This document shows positions 58,718-64,000 of a DNA stretch of 64,000 nt, one piece after another (within the stretch, counting starts at the first letter, position 1; every line of letters starts with the position of its first letter). Under the pieces are notes generated by a model, which was not told the DNA's origin, made no database searches, and was given only the letters and a program-made list of their open reading frames with translations. The stretch covers positions 45,415-109,414 of the forward strand of contig CAVRFW010000008.1 in the NCBI GenBank assembly GCA_963720565.1, read 5' to 3'. Source of the DNA: Candidatus Bathyarchaeota archaeon. Its GTDB lineage: Archaea; Thermoproteota; Bathyarchaeia; Bathyarchaeales; Bathycorpusculaceae. The translations under genes were made by a program, and so were the position numbers.

Positions 58718-59080
58718 TTAAGCAACAGAAATGAGTTGCATGTATATTCGGTTTGCCAATATTTTGTTCTTTGTTGCTTCATTTCGGATAGAGTCCTCAT
58801 GACTTAGCCTCAGCATACGAGGCAAACCTTTTTTGTCATCATCAGAGAGTTCTTCATGTCTATATATTAGTGCTTTAAGACCATCATGTTCTGCAAGTGT
58901 TGTTATTCCATTTGAAAACTCGTCAGATTCTAGCCGAGTTAGTTTAGGTAAATTCAATGGAAAAATAGGTGAGATTCCAGTTGCGCCAATTCTCGACTTG
59001 GCTACAATGTAAAAGGCTCCCGCTTTGTCTCTAGGTTTTTCTTGCGTTTGCCGGCCAAGTTTTTTTAGAGAATTTGACAT
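58718..59080 (-). CDS. Hypothetical protein
   Basis: 120-aa ORF with a TTTAAG TATA-like element upstream; no recognisable motif. Confidence 0.4.
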   Translation of the reverse strand: MSNSLKKLGRQTQEKPRDKAGAFYIVAKSRIGATGISPIFPLNLPKLTRLESDEFSNGITTLAEHDGLKALIYRHEELSDDDKKGLPRMLRLSHEDSIRNEATKNKILANRIYMQLISVA

Positions 59081-59250
59081 AGTTCTCGATTTTATTATGT
59101 TTCGACGCGCTCTTAAATCATTGTGACTGTTGAATCACAGAGACACTTAATCCAAAAAAACTGCCGTGAGGGGTTTTGGCAATAGACACTCTTCGAAAGG
59201 ATTTCAGTCCTTGCAGGTTCGGTTGGCCAAGTTTAGGGGATGGTTGAAGG

Positions 59251-59781
59251 CTAGCTTGTTGTGGTTATGACTATGTCGAAGCTGAAATCGGTTATTCCAC
59301 TTATGGTGGGAGAGACATCTAGAATTAGTTTCATAGGAATCACTTCATCTGCGCTAAGGATTCTGCCTGGGTAGGTCCAGATTAGAGTCATGTAGCTCAG
59401 GGCGGCCAACGGAGTCCAGTTTGACGTCGCAAGCCACAGAGAAACCGCTGATTCGGCTTCATTTCTAACATAAACCATCACAGTGCTGTTTGAACCTGGC
59501 TCGATGAGTCCCCAGTCAAGCGAAAGAGTTCTGTTTGTACATTCTTGATCCCAGTAAATTCCAACTCCAATTCCCCTCACGGAATTAGCATAAGCAGTAT
59601 TTCTGTGCGAGCCGGAATTCATATTAATGGTGCCGAGAATGACGACTAGAATTATGCACGTTGTGACGATTAATGCTCTCCTGTGACCATGATTGCTAGT
59701 TCGAGTGGCGAAAGGCGCCTTTGAGTTTACAGTTTTTTTAGTGACTCTGTCAGGTATTTTTCTAAGGTTCTGCCAAAACAT
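59251..59781 (-). CDS. Membrane-anchored/secreted beta-sandwich protein
   Basis: One hydrophobic helix, then GVGIYWDQEC...LDWGLIEPG...YVRNE...SNWTP...DFSFDIVIT (all-beta pattern). Confidence 0.65.
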   Translation of the reverse strand: MFWQNLRKIPDRVTKKTVNSKAPFATRTSNHGHRRALIVTTCIILVVILGTINMNSGSHRNTAYANSVRGIGVGIYWDQECTNRTLSLDWGLIEPGSNSTVMVYVRNEAESAVSLWLATSNWTPLAALSYMTLIWTYPGRILSADEVIPMKLILDVSPTISGITDFSFDIVITTTS

Positions 59782-60015
59782 CTAGAAGCCTCAATATTAT
59801 TTCTTAATATATAATATACACTGCAGGCAGTATAAACGCGTGTGACTGTGGCGCTAGCACCAACACACCACTCCCGTTTGACATATATCCGCCTTCCGAG
59901 ACAAGTTTTTCAGCAATTTCCCAAATGCCTGCGAAGACATACTAATCTTGTAGGTGGCGAGGTACACACACATGACCATAAGAGGGATTGTGCGAGTATA
60001 GTTAGAGGAAAAGAT

Positions 60016-60726
60016 ATGACGATTCTAGTTCAAGATACTGAAACCCGATACTCTGCGCAGCTAATAATTGCAGCATTAAACGAAGCTCCGGGAATCGGGC
60101 TTACAATAGCCGAGATGAAAGACACTCTAGGTGAAATCCCGGTTCTCGTGGTCGACGGCAGAAGCAGCGACCGAACAGTTGAAATAGCCAAAAACCTGGG
60201 CGCAAAAGTTGTTTGCCAGGACGGCGTTGGCAAAGGCGACGCATTAGCCAAGGCTCTCGAACACGCCGACCCAAACGTGGATTACATCATTCTCACTGAC
60301 GCAGACTACACCTACCCCGCCGCATACGTACCTGCCATGATAAAAATACTCGAGGAAAACCCGCTTGTCGGCATGGTCTGCGGCAACAGGCTCAACGGAT
60401 ACATTGACAAGGAAGCTTTGCACGGCGTCTTCCACGTTGGCAACAGGATGTTGGCTTTCGCACATAACATGCTTAACGGTGAGCCGCTTCAGGACCCTTT
60501 GACTGGAATGCGGGCAATACGCGCGGAGGTTTTGCGAGGATGGCGTGTTAAATCCAAAGGTTTCGACGTTGAAGTGGAGTTGAACCATCTGGTGGAGCGG
60601 CACGGCTTTAAGATTCGCGAGATACCAATTTGCTACAGAGCACGGCTGGGAGAGAAGAAGCTGAAGATAAGTCACGGCGTTACTATCCTGAAAAGAATAC
60701 TATTGGAAACGCCTTTTCTGAACTAA
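60016..60726 (+). CDS. GT2 glycosyltransferase, dolichol-phosphate mannose synthase-like
   Basis: AALNEA, VVDGRSSDRT, GKGDA, DADYTYP, DPLTGMR, GFDVEVE, RLGEKKL. Confidence 0.88.
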   Translation: MTILVQDTETRYSAQLIIAALNEAPGIGLTIAEMKDTLGEIPVLVVDGRSSDRTVEIAKNLGAKVVCQDGVGKGDALAKALEHADPNVDYIILTDADYTYPAAYVPAMIKILEENPLVGMVCGNRLNGYIDKEALHGVFHVGNRMLAFAHNMLNGEPLQDPLTGMRAIRAEVLRGWRVKSKGFDVEVELNHLVERHGFKIREIPICYRARLGEKKLKISHGVTILKRILLETPFLN

Positions 60727-60746
60727 TGCATAAGCAATTGTAATCC

Positions 60747-60884
60747 CTAAAATATTAATTGCACCAAAAACCACGGGATTATCTCAGCCAGAATAGCTAA
60801 TCCAGAAGACCACAACACCGATAACAAACTGGAAAACACGACCGCCGATGCGCCGGTTCTCATTTTCTTGTCGATAATTGACAT
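60747..60884 (-). CDS. Possible small hydrophobic protein (45 aa)
   Basis: Below the ORF-track cutoff; AGGTGTG SD-like element; MSIIDKKMRTGASAVVFSSLLSVLWSSGLAILAEIIPWFLVQLIF. Confidence 0.3.
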   Translation of the reverse strand: MSIIDKKMRTGASAVVFSSLLSVLWSSGLAILAEIIPWFLVQLIF

Positions 60885-61122
60885 TCACACCTTATTACAT
60901 ACATAACGTTGTGGCTGGGAGCGGCGCGCCAAATTCCTAATAGTGTTTGGACCAACTATCACAGTGCGTGCTTACTTTCATTTCGACTAACGTGTGCACA
61001 CTTACTATAAAAACCGCAATATCAGTTACTTCGAGCAGCAAATTATTGTTTTAATACCTGTCTTTGTTGCTGTGGCTAAACAGTCACACACGCTTATGTT
61101 CTGCTCAGCACTTCAATACGTT

Positions 61123-61542
61123 ATGATCAGTACTGACAGTTTAAGAATTATGGCTCACATTATCCGCTTCTGCGAAACATCAAAAGACAAGGGCACAATC
61201 ACGAACCGGCTAGGTTTGAATGATGTACAGGCAGAGTCCTACTTAACCATCCTCACACGACAAAGGATGATTATGCAAAATAACGGAAAATATATTACGA
61301 CACTAACGGGACAAAGCTATCTCGATTCCCGTGACAGACTTGGAAAAATCAGTTTCTATCCAGAGAGGACAAAACCAAACGCGCACGTTGTCACCAACGA
61401 AGAGGGGAAAACGAAAAATGTCTTTCCATTTTCCGGTCCGTGGTTTCAAGCTCGAAAACAGCGAAATGCAAACGTTACCCTTCGGAATGATGGTGTGGTC
61501 TCACAGTCACACACGTTTAACTCTGGCAATGACCCTTTATAA
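61123..61542 (+). CDS. Winged helix-turn-helix protein (archaeal HTH_45-like)
   Basis: DSLRIMAHIIRFC...KGTITNRLGLN..QAESYLTIL...GKYITTLTGQSYL; ATG at 61123. Confidence 0.65.
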   Translation: MISTDSLRIMAHIIRFCETSKDKGTITNRLGLNDVQAESYLTILTRQRMIMQNNGKYITTLTGQSYLDSRDRLGKISFYPERTKPNAHVVTNEEGKTKNVFPFSGPWFQARKQRNANVTLRNDGVVSQSHTFNSGNDPL

Positions 61543-61582
61543 AGTAGCGTAAAACATACGCGAAAAGAAGGTTTAGAAAAAC

Positions 61583-61873
61583 ATGAGACCGAACGAGTTT
61601 ATAGACAAAGACGTGTTTGCTTTGGAAGAGAAAATCGGCAAAATCAAAGGAATGGAAGTAGATCCGGAAGAGTGGAAAGTTACTCATCTTGAAATCGAAT
61701 TGACCAAGGATGTAGCCGAATCGGTGCTTGGCGCAAAGAAAGGCGGAGTACGAAATATGATAAACATTTTAGCCATAGAGAAAGGAACTGCCGCTTGGAC
61801 AGAAAAGGGACTGCAGGTAAGAGTTTCAAAGGATCAGCTTCACATGTACCTGAGACCAGTGGTCAAGAAATAG
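61583..61873 (+). CDS. PRC-barrel domain protein
   Basis: EFIDKDVF...KIGKIKGMEVDPEEWKVTHLEI. Confidence 0.75.
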   Translation: MRPNEFIDKDVFALEEKIGKIKGMEVDPEEWKVTHLEIELTKDVAESVLGAKKGGVRNMINILAIEKGTAAWTEKGLQVRVSKDQLHMYLRPVVKK

Positions 61874-61886
61874 AGGGAAGTTGGCT

Positions 61887-62052
61887 ATGAATACTAATAC
61901 GATTTTGGCGATTGCTGTTGTGCTCGTTTTGCTTTGGGCTGTGGGCTTCTTTGCTTTACCGGGCATAGGCACGTTGGTACATATACTGCTTGTCACTAGC
62001 CGTGATCTTGATAGTTGTTTGGCTTGTGACTGGCAAAAAGTTGTGGAAATAA
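61887..62052 (+). CDS. Small membrane protein (lmo0937/DUF5670-like), one frameshift
   Basis: IAVVLVLLWAVGF...GTLVHILLV; a +1 shift near 61996 continues LAVILIVVWLVTGKKLWK*. Confidence 0.65.
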
Positions 62053-62169
62053 AATCTACACTCTCTTTTTTTGTTGCTTAAGTTTTAGTCCAAATTGGAG
62101 AACACTTACTCCCAAACGGGTACGAGTCATCTTTGCTCAAACTACTTAACTACTTATTTTAAGAATAAT

Positions 62170-63211
62170 TCAAGCTCTTAGGCGCGGGCTAACTTGAACC
62201 GCCCAATTCACGAAAGTGCGAAAATCCCCTGACAGCACAAGAGACGGCTCTACATAACAATGGAGACTGCATTCTTTGCAGTTCTGTGTTTCTTTCCAGT
62301 CAAATTCAGAGATTGCAGTTTTGACGTCGTGTTTCAAAAACAGAAAGGATAGTCGCATATTCATTCGAACATAACAAGGCAGGACCAATTTTCCCTCTGG
62401 ACCAATGTTAACCGATACCCAAGGTTTACACGTCCAGTTTTTCTCCTTTGCGATTGCTTTAAGATAGCCGACTGAATTTACGAGAGGATAGCCCTTCTTT
62501 TTCATCTCGACAAGCTTTGCCGCTATATTCCTAATTTCGTGACTGGAAGGTGCAGAGGCCTTGGCGTTGCAGTATTCATGCGTTACGGCCACGTGATATT
62601 TGTGTATCCAGTTCCTTTGCCAACTTCACTATATCTTCAATCTCATGGATGTTCTCAGCCATAATCGTGGTATTAATTGTCACTGAAACCCTTTCTGCGG
62701 ACGTCACTATGCCTCTTACCGCTTTTTTAAAAGAGCCATTGACTCCTCTGATCGTGTCATGTGTTTTTTCCAGTCCGTCTAACGAAACATAGATGGCGCC
62801 GTTGATGTATTGTGCTATCTCGTCTATTCTGGATTCGAGTAGAGTTCCATTAGTGATGAGGCTTGTATGCAAGGGCAGCGACCTGGAAAAAGCAAGAATT
62901 TCCGCTAAATCATTTCTGAGGAGAGGTTCTCCGCCTTCAAACGCGATTCCGCAAGCACCTGAATCATAAATTTTCCGTAGAATTGTTTTTTCTTGCTCTA
63001 TGCTGAAATCTTCGCTAATTCTCTTCCAGAATGGGCACATTTTGCATCGGAGATTACAGTTGTAAGTTAATTTGTGCCCGCAAAACAGCGGGGTCCTTAC
63101 TCCAAAAAGGTTTAGGATTAATCCACGATAGATTCTCAGCCCTAGCCATAACGTTTCTTGATACGAACCAGTGGTTTTTTCTTCATCGAAGTTGCTGGAA
63201 AACCGCGTCAT
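62170..63211 (-). CDS. Radical SAM protein (PTO1314-like), frameshifted
   Basis: GHKLTYNCNLRCKMCPFW, FEGGEPLL, ITNG, SLDG; C-terminal CKPW...LPCY...CKECSLHCYVEPS. Shift near 62592 and a probable compensating pair near 62330-62365. Confidence 0.8.
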
Positions 63212-63412
63212 ATTCAAAGGCCACTTAAACATGCATTTACACAACAACGCTAATAAAAACTGATTGTACCGTAAGAAATTCGTGTTGAGCCTTTTCCTTG
63301 TCTTACTTTTCTTCTTTTTTGTTACTACTGTGTTTTGAGCGCGTGAGTTTAGCGCGCGTACGGAAAATCTTATATATTCACCACTCTCCCACAGAAGAGT
63401 GAAGGTGATAAC

Positions 63413-63859
63413 ATGGGAAGCTTATGGCTTGGAGCTTTCGTTGGCTTTCTCATAACACTGGTTCTTGGCTGGCTGTTTCCCGGACTTGGGCACCTGATAG
63501 GCGGACTCATCGGTGGGTTTGCTGCAGGGGTCATAGCTCGAGGAGGCATGATAACAGGAGCGGTAGCCGGTTTCCTAGCAGGAATATTCGGCGGGATCAT
63601 TGTTGCAGTACTTGCTATCATGGGCGGAATCGCGGCAGGCGCGTTTACGGGAGGAATCTAGGCGGACTTTTAGGCGGCTTGGCGGGATTGGGAGTTGGAG
63701 TCATAGCGATATTGCTTGCTGTCTTCGGAGCAATCGCGTCGACAATCGGCGGACTCATAGGTGGCTTGCTAGCCCCCTCTCAAAGCGAGCACGAGCATAA
63801 CCACACCACCACAACCACCACCAGCACCACCACCAACTAATGATTGTGACCCTGAATAA
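63413..63859 (+). CDS. Gly-rich membrane protein (DUF5518-like) with Pro/Thr-rich tail, frameshifted
   Basis: GHLIGGLIGGFAAG...GAVAGFLAGIFGG. A -1 shift near 63658 continues LGGLLGG...STIGGLIGGLL; the tail is poly-Thr (stop 63840) or, with one more shift, poly-Pro (stop 63859). Confidence 0.65.
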
Positions 63860-64000
63860 TGAATTGAGAGATTGCAGATCAACGTAGCTCTCTCTTTTTT
63901 ATGGTTTTTCAGTGCGCACGCGCTAATCTCCTCCTAACACAAAAATCTTAATTGGAAAAAAAGGCTTAATTAACTATTGATTGTTATGACAAAATGTCCG

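Noticed and set aside
59122..59139. TGTGA-N8-TCACA as a CRP/FNR site
   Set aside because: The spacer is 8 rather than 6 and no CRP-family gene is present; a 5-bp inverted repeat can arise by chance.
63659..63661. In-frame TAG as pyrrolysine or readthrough
   Set aside because: The same frame stops again four codons later (GCG GAC TTT TAG), while homologous-looking sequence continues in another frame, so it is a frameshift.
63799..63837. (ACC)n-like repeat as a CRISPR or VNTR element
   Set aside because: It is an imperfect trinucleotide run encoding a Pro/Thr-rich tail, with no spacer structure.
1..64000. tRNA, rRNA, CRISPR arrays, integrases or transposases
   Set aside because: None recognised by eye; tRNAscan-SE and Infernal would be needed to exclude small or intron-containing RNAs.

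Overview
Archaeal chromosomal segment, very probably from Bathyarchaeia (TACK). This rests on the archaeal five-subunit CODH/ACS cluster, F420 genes cofD/cofE, a stand-alone MtrH-like methyltransferase, rps3ae, alba, a GPN GTPase and archaeal TATA/BRE promoters. No mcr, rRNA, tRNA, CRISPR array or transposase was seen. Main blocks: (1) 0.4-3.2 kb, a bactofilin-like beta-helix protein whose gene overlaps a cellulose-synthase-like GT2 gene. (2) 3.8-17.3 kb, cooC-cooC-cdhABCDE with a ZIP transporter/NikR pair, a MetF-like protein, an F420-dependent LLM enzyme and cofE. (3) 19.6-23.8 kb, two deoxyhypusine-synthase paralogs, a glutaminase-less AsnB-like ligase and a nitrilase. (4) 23.7-28.8 kb, a corrinoid methyl-transfer module: two paralogous Cys-rich TIM-barrel proteins with no obvious annotation, ferredoxin, CbiZ, an MtrH-like protein and a cap-less corrinoid protein. 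This is the best candidate for a specialised system, probably O-demethylation feeding Wood-Ljungdahl acetogenesis. (5) 28.9-33.6 kb, two AglB-like GT-C membrane proteins lacking WWDYG. (6) Housekeeping genes argS, cofD, moaE, rps3ae, serS and htpX. (7) 45-47 kb, an archaeosortase facing a PGF-CTERM-like transglutaminase-family protein. (8) Bacterial-type metK, alba with a structured leader, and accessory genes at the right end. At least nine genes, including the essential serS, carry single-base frameshifts, most likely assembly errors. All calls come from motif recognition by eye; no database searches were run.
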